Positions 26,983 through 40,552 of a stretch of DNA of 64,000 nt are shown one piece after another. The notes below the pieces were generated by a model. The model was not told the origin of the DNA, made no database searches, and worked only from the letters and a program-made list of their open reading frames with translations. The DNA is from Eledone cirrhosa. Lineage: Eukaryota. Position 1 is the stretch's first letter. Every line of letters begins with the position of its first letter. The position numbers and the translations under genes are program-made. The stretch lies in NCBI GenBank assembly GCA_964016885.1, contig OZ024742.1, forward strand, positions 327,112,001 through 327,176,000, in the 5' to 3' direction.

Positions 26983-29205
26983 TTAATTAGGTTTATAATA
27001 TTTAAGGGTTTTTCTCAGTTTGTGATTACACGATATTATTAATTCCTGTCGCTTATTTAATAGGATATCCTTAGATTTCATTATTTCAAAGAGTTCTTGG
27101 GAACATAATCTACATTCATATCTATTATTTTGATAAGGAGTGGCCCTTTTGAGCACACTCCAGGTCAGGTCATAATCTATATTCCTCTTTCTATAATTAT
27201 TAATTATTTCAGCTAGAGATGTTGTATTAGCTAGTGCGGCATTTTTAAAGCTATGTTTGTGAGTATTAAATCTTACGTTAAATTTGTTAGAGGTAGCTCC
27301 TATATATGAATAAATTGAGTCTTTAGTGTTAACTTTACATTTATATACTATATTATTAACAAGGCAATTTCCTTTTAATGGGCAGTTTGCCTTGTTTCTA
27401 CAGTTACAACTTTTCGTGAATCCTGTATCCGAGGAGATATTATGGTTAGTTTGATGTACTGGTGGTATACTCATGGTTTTTTTACATTTATATGCATTGT
27501 AGGCACTTATATTTTGTTTTATGTTTTTGGTTGTTGAGTAGGAGAATTTAACCGTTGATCTATTTAAAATTTGATGGTATTTGTAGTTTGGCGGGAAGTT
27601 CTTCTCTAGGATATTAAAGAATTTTTTAGGTATATTATCCTTAATTTGTAAATTAAATGGAGCATTATACCAAGTAACTCGCCTATTACGGTTTCGATGT
27701 TGTTTATTGTTTTTATAGGATGTATCCTGATGTTTATTAAGAGAATTATTGTTAATGACTTCACCACACATTTTTAGTTAGATTTATTGATTTAGGTGTT
27801 TTAGCTTGTTTATTAGGAGTTTTATTATTACCATTTATTAGAGTTGTAGGATGAGTGGTTTTTTGAGAGTTACTATATAGTATATTAGAAATTTGGTTTT
27901 ATGTTGGTATTTTGGGGGTATAGTGTGAGTGGCATTTAGGTGTGTATGTTTCATTTGGTGTTTGTTGGTAATATTAGATTGTGTGTTTGTAGTGTTATTG
28001 GTACAAGGTATATATACTAATTTATTTTTGTGGCCACTTCTAGCTAGAGCTTCGTTATAAAAGGTCGCATTTTTATCAAATACATCCTGGTTAGACGAAA
28101 GGTTAGAAATTCTAAGTGATATATTATATGCAAGGTTTTTAAGGATAGATTTAGGGTGATTAGATTGTGAGTGTATGTAGTGTAAATTTTGGTTAGGTTT
28201 ATGGTAAGGTTGGTAGATGCCTGTAGATAAGTCTAATGTTATATCAAGGAAATTAACTACTTTACTTGTGTTTTCAAATGTAATATCTAGACTATAATAG
28301 TCTTTAAGGAAAGTTCTAATAAGCTTTTTATTTTTTTCTATCTCTGAAAGGCTAAGGTTATTGGAAAGAAGAAGACAGTCGTCGCGATATAAACCACCTT
28401 TAAGGTGGGGAAAGGAAGCATTTATGTTGAAAAGAAGAAAGAGGCCCACAAGATCAGTAATTTGGGCAGAATCACTTGAGCCCATAGTAATATCGAATAG
28501 ATTACTATATGTGTTTCTGGTCCAGTATTCATTTTGAAATTCCAATAGTGTTAGTCTGGCATGTGTAATAATATTAATGTCATCCAAAGTTAAGTTAGAT
28601 CTATTTTTAGCAAATATCAAGGCTTTGTTCAGGAGTATAGGTGATATAGAATAATAATAATTATCTATATCAAATTGTAGAAATGAAGCAGAGGATCTAT
28701 TTCTAATATTATTAAACCAGTTAATTACCTGGGATATGTTTTCCCAGAGTGGTCAATTAACATGTTTTCTTAGTTGTGGGATGACTCTATCTAAAATTTT
28801 TTTACTAATGATTCCAATATCAGATTTGGAATGGCATATAAGCCTTATAGAAGGATTAGAGTTAAAGTTAGATTTATGATCTTTCGGGTTGAAATGTGGT
28901 CTTTTCAGTGCCAAAGGTTCGGTTCTATCTTCAATATTAAGTCTATTCACTATGTTGTTTGTTTTGTTGTTGATGTTAGTAAGTGACGCATTGTTTGTTT
29001 TTCTATAATTCTTCCTAAATTCTTTATATATGAACTCATTGTAATTTTCAATATCCATGTGATACAGATTTCCAGTTTTGTCCGAGTGGACATGGATTTT
29101 TTTAGATTTTTTTAGATCCAATAGGGTAGAATCAAGATCCTTTTGAAAATTAGATTTATACCTCTTAAATTTGAGGTGTTTGATTAAATTAAAAAGGTCT
29201 TTCTC
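26983..29205 (-). pseudogene. PLE RT + C-terminal GIY-YIG endonuclease ORF, frameshifted
   Basis: SDKTGNLY, KDHK..PSIRLI, FDIDNYY, MGSSDSAQITDL, LYRDD, FLDITL; CNCRNKANCPLKGNC, IVYKC..SYIGAT, CRLC..E, LNKR..CNH. Confidence 0.92.
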
Positions 29206-29513
29206 AATTGGTTAATTCTAAACCTGTTACCAAACAGACAGACTATATGAAATCTTTGTTGGTTTTATTCAATGAACAAATATAATTATTTCTGAGGTCA
29301 GCATACGACCTATTTTCATCCCTAAAATAATCTTTCATTCATAATATTCTTTTCCATCCAAAACTGAAATCTACCTTCCTCTACCCATAAATTAAGGTTC
29401 TTTTACTACTAGATTACTATCTTGACCTTCACTATCTTTCTATTGTTCAATTCAAAACCTGTTCCCAAACAGACCTATTGTATTAAATCTTTGTTCTTTT
29501 CAATAAACAAATA

Positions 29514-29657
29514 TCATTATTTCTGAAGACAGCATATATATGTGTAGGTATGTATATTCCCTCTGATAGTTTGTATAAATATTTTACATAGATCTATAGA
29601 ATATGCATACCAACACTAACACATATATATATCCTAGAAACGATCGTAAAATGATGA
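29514..29657 (+). ncRNA. Long-stem-II hammerhead, inverted-arm copy
   Basis: CUGAAGA 29523-29529, GAAAC 29637-29641, GUA 29646-29648, 9-bp stem I. Confidence 0.75.
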
Positions 29658-30418
29658 ATTTTTTTAATATAAGGAACTGTTTCTTTGTTTATTCATTACT
29701 TTATTAATTTATATATATATATATATATATATTTCTTATTTAGTATTTTCTATCCTCAATTTATTAACCTGTAATTGTAAGATAGCATTGGCGGATTACG
29801 CTTTACTAACTATTTATAGCAGCTGTGTTAGACCCCCTGAAAAGTTTGCATTATATTTTTCACTACCCGCTTCTACAATTTCTTATTTAGTATTTTCCAT
29901 TCTCAACTTATAAAACTTTTCTATAGCTTTGCCGTACAAGCAGCATCTACTAATTATAGCAGCGGTTACTAGACTCTACTGTTTTGTTTTTTATTCATTT
30001 CTCACTATCTAATTTTATATATATATTTTTTTAATTTTCATTGTCACCTACTCTCATTTGACCTACCTACTCTACAAACTCCCCTCCTTCTTTTTCTGCA
30101 GAACAATTTTTCGACTTTTCATACACTATCCTTAGAATCTGCTGTATAGATCTCACTTTCAACGCCTCACTGGCTTTACTCACTCCCTCATTGTTCTACA
30201 GGCAAGTTCAGCCACCCCTACCTCTCACCAAATGCCATGATAGATTTATTTGTGTTTACAACAAATTTTGACCAATCCTCTTGACAACTACAATCTTCCC
30301 ATATAAGGAAGTACCCCTTGACAAGTTCGGCTATTTATTTACCAGGCTAAAAATTCTAATTTAGTCCAGAAATAGCCGTCGAAACGGCTTGAGCTCTGCC
30401 ACCGGGGTCATACCTTTT

Positions 30419-30490
<72 letters not shown>

Positions 30491-31013
30491 TCTTTGTTTA
30501 TTCATTACTTTATTAATTTATCTTGACTCTGTTTTCCGTTAATTTTCACCGAAAATAGTTTTTGAATGCATCTTCTCTTTTCATGATATCCGGATTACAT
30601 TGAGTTCTTCATACGGATTGGACACAACCGTAAATTTTTGGTAGATTTATCTACATATATATATATATATATATATATATAGTTGTTATATAGTAAGGTG
30701 CAATATTGGTTGTGTAAAATGGTCCAATAAAGCTGTCCTACTCCACAACTAGTAACATAGCTCAGAATATAGCTAAGATGAATTATAGTAGACTTAAGAC
30801 AGCCAATGAGGGAATTAGGCATGGCAGGAACAATGGCAGCTCTATTGAGGAACTGACTCATACACGTGAGGCGAGTCGGGTCGCCCCTGCCCCAGGGAAT
30901 TTACCCATAGAGCAGACTGGAACTGAGACTCGACCCCAAAGGTACCGTGGTCCATCCAGAACCACCCAGATCGATAGCAAAAATGCAACTGCAGAAGCAC
31001 CGCCACCTGCCCC

Positions 31014-31409
31014 TTGGCTGGGAAATGCCTTACCAAAAACATAGTCTACGACTGTAAGGTCTCCACTCCTGATAGAACCTTTAGGTATGTTGGAGCAACT
31101 GCCACGGAATTTAAGGATGGATGGTATAATCACCGCCATACCTTTAATAGATTAGATAAGAAAAATAGCACGGCACTTTCGGAATTAGTCTGGAAGCTTA
31201 AACGTCAGAATATAGAGCACTCCTTATCCTGGTCCATAGTTTGTTCAGCCCAACCTTATAACGGCAGCACTGGCGTCTGCAATTTATGTATAGCTGAAAC
31301 TTTCAATATTATTAGAGGCGGCCCCCTATTAATTAATAGAAAAGCAGATTTTTTCAGCAACTGTCAACATAGAACCTCGAAAACCTTCCGCAGGATTTTT
31401 GGAAGGTAA
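31014..31409 (+). pseudogene. PLE GIY-YIG endonuclease domain
   Basis: IVY..YVG motif, CxxC and CxH; collinear with the PLE1 C-terminus. Confidence 0.85.
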
Positions 31410-32218
31410 CCTGCCAATAACTCCTCCCTCTCTACTTTAGCCATAGAGTTCTCTCAATAAACGGACAGTCACACACTTAGGTAGTTAGACGGCTAAGATT
31501 GTTTGCGCACTTGCAAAGATACTCGGCCTGTTTCCACGGAGTTCTCACAGCTGAGTGCTCTCTTTTAGAATACCTAGCTAGTAAATAGTTAGATTGATTA
31601 CACACCTAGTTAGGACCTATTACGCTCCCTATACATAGCTCTACACACAGTACCCGCTTCGTTTAGACATTGAGCTCCCACTTTTACGAATGTCACGTTC
31701 CTACCGACTGAACACTATACCATGTTTTGATGCGTGATCATCTAACCATGGAGGACTCACTGTTACGGATTGAACAACGATACTGACACACCATTAATGG
31801 GCCTACACACATCCTCTGCTTTTCACTATCCTGTATTTTCTTACTTCACCTTCTATATCTTAAAAGCTCATTGGCCCCTGTGGCGGGAGATCGCACTTGC
31901 GGACTCATTTACCCTATACCCAACCCTACTTAGGGCCCTTTGCCGGTCCACATTGCAGTTGCTTGCACGCACGGATTTGGTGATTCTGATTCTCAACTGG
32001 ACAACGGTACACAAGGAGTTCGACATGAGCTGATTGCTTGCTCTTCACATGGATGTGTATATACCCGGAAATCCCCCCCCCCCCCCATTCTTTGGACGAT
32101 TCGGATGTGTATATACCACTTACCATAACACACACTTGAAGATATGGATGTTACAATTGGATCTATACACGTACAGCAGAACACTGAACTGAACTAGCTT
32201 GCTTGCTTGCGCGCGCGC

Positions 32219-32309
<91 letters not shown>

Positions 32310-32820
32310 TATGTATGTGTATAGCGTTGGTTAACCCAATATTTCCGATTTACATCGTCAAATTGAGATTTGACCGACATAACTTCTGTTGCTTTGCGAA
32401 CTAACTTTTCGGTGATTGCTGCGTTGGTACATTCTTATATGTGCTTTTTCTCGGATATCGCTTCGGTGTGTGTTGGGGTGTGTGTGTACCCACCCACGCT
32501 AATTCTGCGGGTTTAATACTGTGTTGATGTGTGTATATATATGTATTTCTTTTTCTTTTTCTTTGACCTCGAGCCGATGTATGCGGGTGTGGAGTGTATG
32601 TGTACCCACTCACTTCTAACTGTGACAGACTGTATCCCTACAGATTTGTTTGATGTCCAGCATCTTTTGCAGCGAGAGAAGTCTGAAAACTTTTATGACC
32701 TCAACTAAAGCTAATAGCAGTCGCCTTGTCTCTGACTGACTGGTGTGTCTTCATATGAGGGAATGAATTATGTGAGAGAACATCGTTTTTTCTCCCTCAT
32801 ATCAAGAATTTGAAGACAAT

Positions 32821-32905
32821 TCATTTTCACCTGAGATCAGTGATAATCGATCATGGCTTCACAATCGATCTATCTCTTATTGAAACATGTGTCGTGATTA
32901 AATGA
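32821..32905 (+). ncRNA. Hammerhead-like motif with a 1-nt core deletion at the 3' end of the plus-strand PLE
   Basis: UCAUUU-UCAC CUGA_GA ..GAUA-AUCGAU..AUCGAU-CUAUC.. GAAAC AUGU GUC/GUGA-UU-AAAUGA. Confidence 0.6.
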
Positions 32906-32938
32906 TTGGAATTTTACCTTGCCTTCGGATTTTCATTT

Positions 32939-32974
<36 letters not shown>

Positions 32975-33024
32975 TAATAAAATAATGAATAAACAAAGAA
33001 ACAGTTCCTTATATTAAAAAAAAT

Positions 33025-33166
33025 TCATCATTTTACGATCGTTTCTAGGATATATATGTGTTAGAGTTGGTATGCATATTCTATAGATCTATGTACAATA
33101 TTTATACAAACTATCAGAGGGAATATACATACCTACACATATATATGCTGTCTTCAGAAATAATGA
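33025..33166 (-). ncRNA. Long-stem-II hammerhead, PLE2 sense copy
   Basis: Same core and stems as 29514-29657. Confidence 0.75.
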
Positions 33167-33867
33167 TATTTGTTTATTGAAAATAACAAAGATTCAATAC
33201 AATAGGTCTGTTTGGGAACAGGTTTTGAATTGACCAATCAGGAGATAGTGAGCGTCAAGATAGTAATATAGTATTAGAAGAACCTTAAATTATGGGTAGA
33301 GGAAGGTAGATTTCAGTTTTGGATGGAAAAGAATATTATGAATGAAGGATTATTTTAGGGAAGAAATAGGTCTTATGCTGACCTCAGAAATAATTTTATT
33401 TGTTCATTGAATAAACCCAACAAAGATCTAATATATTCTGTCTGTTTGGTAAGAGGTTTAGAATTAACCAATAGAAAGTTAATAATTGGCCAAATGGTAA
33501 AATAGTAGTAATTGAAGCTTATTTTAGGGGTGAAAATAGGTCAGGTGGTGAGTAAAAGGTATACAAGCAGTTGCTGTTATAAAATAGTAATGCCAATACA
33601 AATATCTAAGGTGACCAAAGTTTTAAGATAAGAATGTTAGTGAAAAAAATACATCTATGAAAAGAATATAAAATTAATTTAATTGATGGGTATATTTATA
33701 TTGATAAAATTATACTAATACATATAGATATGATAAATAAGAGTTAGATGCAGTTGAAAAGTGCTGTTAAAGATAAGGGGAAATTAAAGAATATGAAAAT
33801 AATATATATATATATATACTTATATATATATATATATATACATATATATATACACATATATACACAT

Positions 33868-33910
<43 letters not shown>

Positions 33911-34462
33911 TATACACTTATATATATATATATACATATATATACACATACACACACAAACATACACACATATATATATATATGCACACACATATATATA
34001 TATATATATACACACATATATACATACATATATACACATATATATACACACATACATGCACACATACATACACATATATATACACACACATACACACTTA
34101 TATATACATATAATTATTGGGGGGGGGATTAAATTTATTAGTGAGAAATAGTAAATATATATAGTTTTCAAGGAACATAGAGTCATAACCTGAAGTTAAA
34201 GCATTATATATGTTTACTTAAAGGTATCAGTTTTAGGAAATGATATTTGTAAGAAGGAAAGCAAAATTATGTAGTTCATCAGTAGTAGAATATTAATTAT
34301 AGGTTAACTAAATTAAAAATAGTTTATATATTAATTTCTAAAGTGTATATTAATTAGGTTTATAATATTTAAAGCAGAATTATGTAGTTCATCAGTAGTA
34401 GAATATTAATTACAGGTTAACTAAATTAAAAATAATTTATATATTAATTTCTAAAGTGTATA

Positions 34463-36432
34463 TTAATTAGGTTTATAATATTTAAATGTTTTTCTCAGTT
34501 TATGATTACACGATATTATTAATTCCAGTCGCTTATTTAATAGGATATCCTTAGATTTCATTATTTCGAAAAGTTCTTGGGAACATAATCTACATTCATT
34601 TCTATTATTTTGATAAGGGGTGGCCCTTTTGAGCACACTCCAGGTCAGGTCATATTCTATATTCCTCTTTCTATAACTATTAATTATTTCAGCTAGAGAT
34701 GTTGTATTAGCTAGTGCGGCATTTTAAAAACTATGTTTGTGGGTATTAAATCTTACCTTAAAATTGTTAGAGGTAGCTCCTATATATGAATAAATTGAGT
34801 CCTTAGTGTTAACTTTACATTTATATACTATGTTATTAACAAGGCAATTTCCTTTTAATGGACAGTTTGCCTTGTTTCTACAGTTACAACTTTTCGTGAA
34901 TCTTGTATCTGAGGAGATATTATGGTTAGTTTGATGTACTGGTGGTATACTCATGGTTTTTTTACATTTATATGCATTATAGGCACTTATATTTTGTTTT
35001 ATGTTTTTGGTTGTTGAGTAGGAGAATTTAACCGTTGATCTATTTAAGATTTGATGGTATTTGTGGTTTGGCGGGAAGTTTTTCTCTAGGATATTAAAGA
35101 ATTTTTTAGGTATATTATCCTTAATTTGTAAATTAAATGGAGCATTATACCATGTAACTCGTCTATTACGGTTTCGATGTTGTTTATTGTTTTTATAGGA
35201 TGCATCCTGATGTTTATTAAGAGAATTATTGTTAATGACCTCTCCACACACATTTTTAGTTAGATTTATTGATTTAGGTGTTTTAGCTTGTTTATTAGAA
35301 GTTTTATTATTAACATTTATTAGAGTTGTAGGATGAGTGGTTTTTTGAGAGTTACTATACTGTATATTAGAAGAGTTAGAGAAATTTGGTTTTATGTTGG
35401 TGTTTTGGGGTATAGTGTGAGTGGCATTTAGGTGTGTATGTTTCATTTGGTGTTTGTTGGTAATATTAGGTTGTATGTTTGTAGTGTTATTGGTAGAAGG
35501 TATATATACTAATCTATTTTTGTGGCCACTTCTAGCTAGAGCTTCGTTATAAAAGGTCGCATTTTTATCAAATACATCTTGGTTAGACGAAAGGTTAGAA
35601 ATTCTAAGTGATATATTATATGCAAGGTTTTTAAGGATAGATTTAGGGTGATTAGATTGTGAGTGTATGTAGTGTAAATTTTGGTTAGGTTTATGGTAAG
35701 ATTGGTAGATACCCGTAGATAAGTCTAATGTTATATCTAGGAAATTAACTACTTTACTTGTGTTTTCAAATGTAATATCTAGACTATAATAGTCTTTAAG
35801 GAAAGTTCTAATAAGCTTTTTATTTTTTTCTATCTCTGAGAGGCTAAGGTTATTGGAAAGAAGAAGACAGTCGTCACGATATAAACCACCTTTAAGGTGG
35901 GGGAAAGGAAGCATTTATGTTAAAAAGAAGAAAGAGGCCCACAAGATCAGTAATTTGGGCAGAATCGCTTGAGCCCATAGTAATATCGAATAGCTTACTA
36001 TATGTGTTTCTGGTCCAGTATTCATTCTGAAATTCCAATAGTGTTAGTCTAGCATGTGTAATAATATTAATGTCATCCAAAGTTAAGTTAGATCTATTTT
36101 TAGCAAATATCAAGGCTTTGTTCAGGAGTATAGGTGATATAGAATAATAATAATTATCTATATCAAATTGTAGAAATGAAGCAGAGGATTTATTTCTAAT
36201 ATTATTAAACCAGTTAATTACCTGGGATGTGTTTTCCCAGAGTGGTAAATTAACATGTTTTCTTAGTTGTGGGATGACTCTATCTAAAATTTTTTTACTA
36301 ATGATTCCAATATCAGATTTGGAAGGGCATATAAGCCTTATAGAAGGATTAGAGTTAAAGTTAGATTTATGATCTTTCAGGTTGAAGTGTGGTCTTTTCA
36401 ATGCCAAAGGTTCAGTTCTATCTTCAATATTA
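34463..36432 (-). pseudogene. PLE RT-GIY-YIG ORF, 5'-truncated, frameshifted
   Basis: KDHK..IRLICPSKS, FDIDNYY, MGSSDS, LYRDD, CNC..CPL..C, YIGAT; near-identical to PLE1. Confidence 0.92.
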
Positions 36433-36748
36433 ATATATAAACTATTTTTGATTTAGTTAACCTGTAATTAATATTCTACTACTGATGAACTACATAATTT
36501 TGCTTTCCTTCTTACAAATATCATTTCCTAAAACTGATACCTTTAAGTAAAAATATATAATGCTTTAACTTCAGGTTATGACTCTATGTTCCTTGAAAAC
36601 TATATATATTTACTATTTCTCACTAATAAATTTAATCCCCCCCCCCCCCCAATAATTATATGTATATATAAGTGTGTATGTGTGTGTATATATATGTGTA
36701 TGTATGTGTGCATGTATGTGTGTATATATATGTGTATATATGTATGTA

Positions 36749-36816
<68 letters not shown>

Positions 36817-36862
36817 CATATATATATATATATGTGTGTATGCGTGTGTGTGTATGTGTATA

Positions 36863-36977
<115 letters not shown>

Positions 36978-37716
36978 AATATATATATATATATGTATAT
37001 ATATATGTGTGTATGTGTATATATGTGTATATATATATGTATATATATATATATATATATAAGTATATATATATATATATTATTTTCATATTCTTTTAAT
37101 TTCCCCTTATCTTTAACAGCACTTTTCAACTGCATCTAACTCTTATTTATCATATCTATATGTATTAGTATAATTTTATCAATATAAATATACCCATCAA
37201 TTAAATTAATTTTATATTCTTTTCATAGATGTATTTTTTTCACTAACATTCTTATCTTAAAACTTTGGTCACCTTAGATATTTGTATTGGCATTACTATT
37301 TTATAACAGCAACTGCTTGTATACCTTTTACTCACCACCTGACCTATTTTCACCCCTAAAATAAGCTTCAATTACTACTATTTTACCATTTGGCCAATTA
37401 TTAACTTTCTATTGGTTAATTCTAAACCTCTTACCAAACAGACAGAATATATTAGATCTTTGTTGGGTTTATTCAATGAACAAATAAAATTATTTCTGAG
37501 GTCAGCATAAGACCTATTTCTTCCCTAAAATAATCCTTCATTCATAATATTCTTTTCCATCCAAAACTGAAATCTACCTTCCTCTACCCATAATTTAAGT
37601 TTCTTCTAATACTATATTACTATCTTGACGCTCACTATCTCCTGATTGGTCAATTCAAAACCTGTTCCCAAACAGACCTATTGTATTGAATCTTTGTTAT
37701 TTTCAATAAACAAATA

Positions 37717-37858
37717 TCATTATTTCTGAAGACAGCATATATATGTGTAGGTATGTATATTCCATCTGATAGTTTGTATAAATATTGTACATAGATCTAT
37801 AGAATATGCATACCAACTCTAACACATATATATCCTAGAAACGATCGTAAAATGATGA
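37717..37858 (+). ncRNA. Long-stem-II hammerhead copy
   Basis: CUGAAGA 37726-37732; GAAACGAUCGUA 37838-37849. Confidence 0.75.
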
Positions 37859-38046
37859 ATTTTTTTTAATATAAGGAACTGTTTCTTTGTTTATTCATTA
37901 TTTTATTAATTTATCTTGACTCTGTTTTCCGTTTATTTTTCACCGAAAGTAGTTTTTGAATGCATCCTCTCTTTTCATGATATCCGGATTACATTGAGTT
38001 CTTCATACGGATTGGACACTACCGTAAACTTTTGGTAGATTTATCT

Positions 38047-38150
<104 letters not shown>

Positions 38151-38338
38151 AGATAAATCTACCAAAAGTTTACGGTAGTGTCCAATCCGTATGAAGAACT
38201 CAATGTAATCCGGATATCATGAAAAGAGAAGATGCATTCAAAAACTACTTTCGGTGAAAAATAAACGGAAAACAGAGTCAAGATAAATTAATAAAATAAT
38301 GAATAAACAAAGAAACAGTTCCTTATATTAAAAAAAAT

Positions 38339-38478
38339 TCATCATTTTACGATCGTTTCTAGGATATACGTGTTAGAGTTGGTATGCATATTCTATAGAT
38401 CTATGTACAATATTTATACAAACTATCAGAGGGAATATACATACCTACACATATATATGCTGTCTTCAGAAATAATGA
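38339..38478 (-). ncRNA. Long-stem-II hammerhead copy
   Basis: Same core; small deletion in the stem II base. Confidence 0.7.
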
Positions 38479-38654
38479 TATTTGTTTATTGAAAATAACA
38501 AAGATTCAATACAATAGGTCTGTTTGGGAACAGATTTTGAATTGACCAATCAGGAGATAGTGAGGGTCAAGATAGTAATATAGTATTAGAAGAACCTTAA
38601 ATTATGGGTAGAGGAAGGTAGATTTCAGTTTTGGATGGAAAAGAATATTACTGT

Positions 38655-38722
<68 letters not shown>

Positions 38723-39549
38723 ACAGTAAGGACTTCCGCAAAGTTTCCGTCTATCAAATTCCATTCATTGACAACTACTCAAACCTGAGACTAGGGAAAT
38801 TGACACTTACCCTTGGTTCTGTATATTGGCAGACTTGACAACCGCTGAAAACCCAAAAGGGGAGTAACATGTTAAAAAAGCGCTCCAAAACGGGAAGAAA
38901 CGAGGCAAATTAGGGAGATTTTATATAACGAAAGCTATACTCATTTTCACAAGAGAAGACATCTCTCCCCCGACCCAAAGTGGGTGGGAGATCTCCTCGT
39001 CGGACGGGGAGAGTTGACATGTCTGTATTGGTATCCAACTAAAAACCATAGGATTTCAAAACGAGCTTCATAACCACATAGCTATACTGCTTTCTGAAAT
39101 TCATTTATTATGTCACTTAGTTATATCAACTAAATATATAGTCAGACACATTAAAGAAACACCCACAACATAACACAAAGAAATATTTGACCCAAATTCA
39201 TCAATTTCTGTGTGAAGTAGGGCTCAGTTAAAATATGCGTCAATGTAGAAAATCTCACAGAAGTTATTGTTACCTGAGTTCATAAGAGACTGGTTATCTT
39301 CATTTGTTTAATAAACTTGGAGTAAATAAAAAAGAGATGCACATACATTTACAACTATTTATATATCTTCTTTTGTGAAGAGGAATTTAGGAATTCAATC
39401 AAATGCACGCACAAAGATAAATAAATACAGTTTGTGAATATATATATATCCGGGAAGTTTGTGAATATATATATCCGGGAAGCTCCAACCGTTAAGGTTG
39501 TCTTTTTTCAAGGTATGTCAATATTTATTTATAAAACTAATCTGTATTG

Positions 39550-39615
39550 TATTTTATCTGATGAAAGCGCACCATAATTTGACTTGGTGGCCCTTGAAAT
39601 ATGTATAATAAAATA
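39550..39615 (+). ncRNA. Type-I hammerhead
   Basis: UAUUUUAU CUGAUGA AAG-CG-CACCA..UGGUG-GCC-CUU GAAA UAUGUA UA/AUAAAAUA; 8-bp stem I. Confidence 0.8.
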
Positions 39616-39748
39616 AATATGGTTTTATAAATATAGTTTCCATTTGTTAATATATTGTATATTTACTCCACTAATTTGTTGAGTGCTTTATATCAGTTAT
39701 AAAATGTTTAAGCTTGTTGAATCCCAACAAATTAAATATAACCTCTGC

Positions 39749-39781
<33 letters not shown>

Positions 39782-39975
39782 CATTGAGAAATAAGCCAAG
39801 CACTGCTAACTATATAATATTTTAATTTACGTGCGTTTCTTCCTTAACATTAAGAACATAAAAATAGGTATCCTCGGAATTACATAAGATATTCATCATC
39901 GTTCATATTAAAAAAAAAACGTATTTTTTAGCTGTATAATTTCTTCAACTATAATTATTTGCTTTCGAATTTGAA

Positions 39976-40014
<39 letters not shown>

Positions 40015-40021
40015 ATATGTG

Positions 40022-40229
<208 letters not shown>

Positions 40230-40384
40230 TATAGATATTGTTATACTTTGGGAGGGTCATGTTGCCAATAAGAAACACACGCACCAGTTGCTTTCACTTC
40301 AATTTATTATATATTTATAAATTTACAAATTTATAAATTTCTGGTTGGTTGGTTGGTTCCACAGCCAGATAGTTGTTTATATAT

Positions 40385-40429
40385 AGTCATAGTTCTTTCG
40401 TCACACACTCTGTGACCTCTTCAGTGACT
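40385..40429 (-). ncRNA. Minimal hammerhead (family C)
   Basis: AGUCA CUGAAGA G-GUCACA-GAGUG-UGUGAC GAAAG AAC UA/UGACU. Confidence 0.78.
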
Positions 40430-40507
40430 GGGGATTCCTTTCTTTGTTTCTCAAAATGGCGTAGGACAGAACAAAGGAGAGGCACAGAAACAAAGAAAGG
40501 AATCCTC

Positions 40508-40552
40508 AGTCACTGAAGAGGTCACAGAGTGTGTGATGAAAGAACTATGACT
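40508..40552 (+). ncRNA. Minimal hammerhead (family C), mirror copy
   Basis: AGUCA CUGAAGA G-GUCACA-GAGUG-UGUGAU GAAAG AAC UA/UGACU. Confidence 0.75.

Larger units (their letters stand above)
24949..30654 (-). mobile_element. Penelope-like element 1: 5'-truncated, with long inverted arms including a passenger fragment
   Basis: Arms 24949-~26275 and ~29207-30422 are reverse complements; RT-EN pseudogene between them; tail 30488-30654; (TA)n boundaries. Confidence 0.9.
30680..32940 (+). mobile_element. 3' fragment of a different PLE family (GIY-YIG plus ~1.5-kb 3' UTR)
   Basis: CNCRSTATCP (frameshift) LAGKCLTKNIVYDCKV..RYVGATAT.FK..YNHRHTF..CNLCIAE..INRK..CQHR, stop at 31409; ends at (TA)n. 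Confidence 0.8.

Noticed and set aside
29831-30409. Hammerhead with a ~540-nt stem II using GACCCC-CUGAAAA at 29831
   Set aside because: A closer 5' half at 30313 pairs properly with the stem II 3' arm, and the distal core lacks G8
38955-39025. GC-rich hairpin with a CCGACGA..GAAA-like arrangement
   Set aside because: Could not build stems I and III
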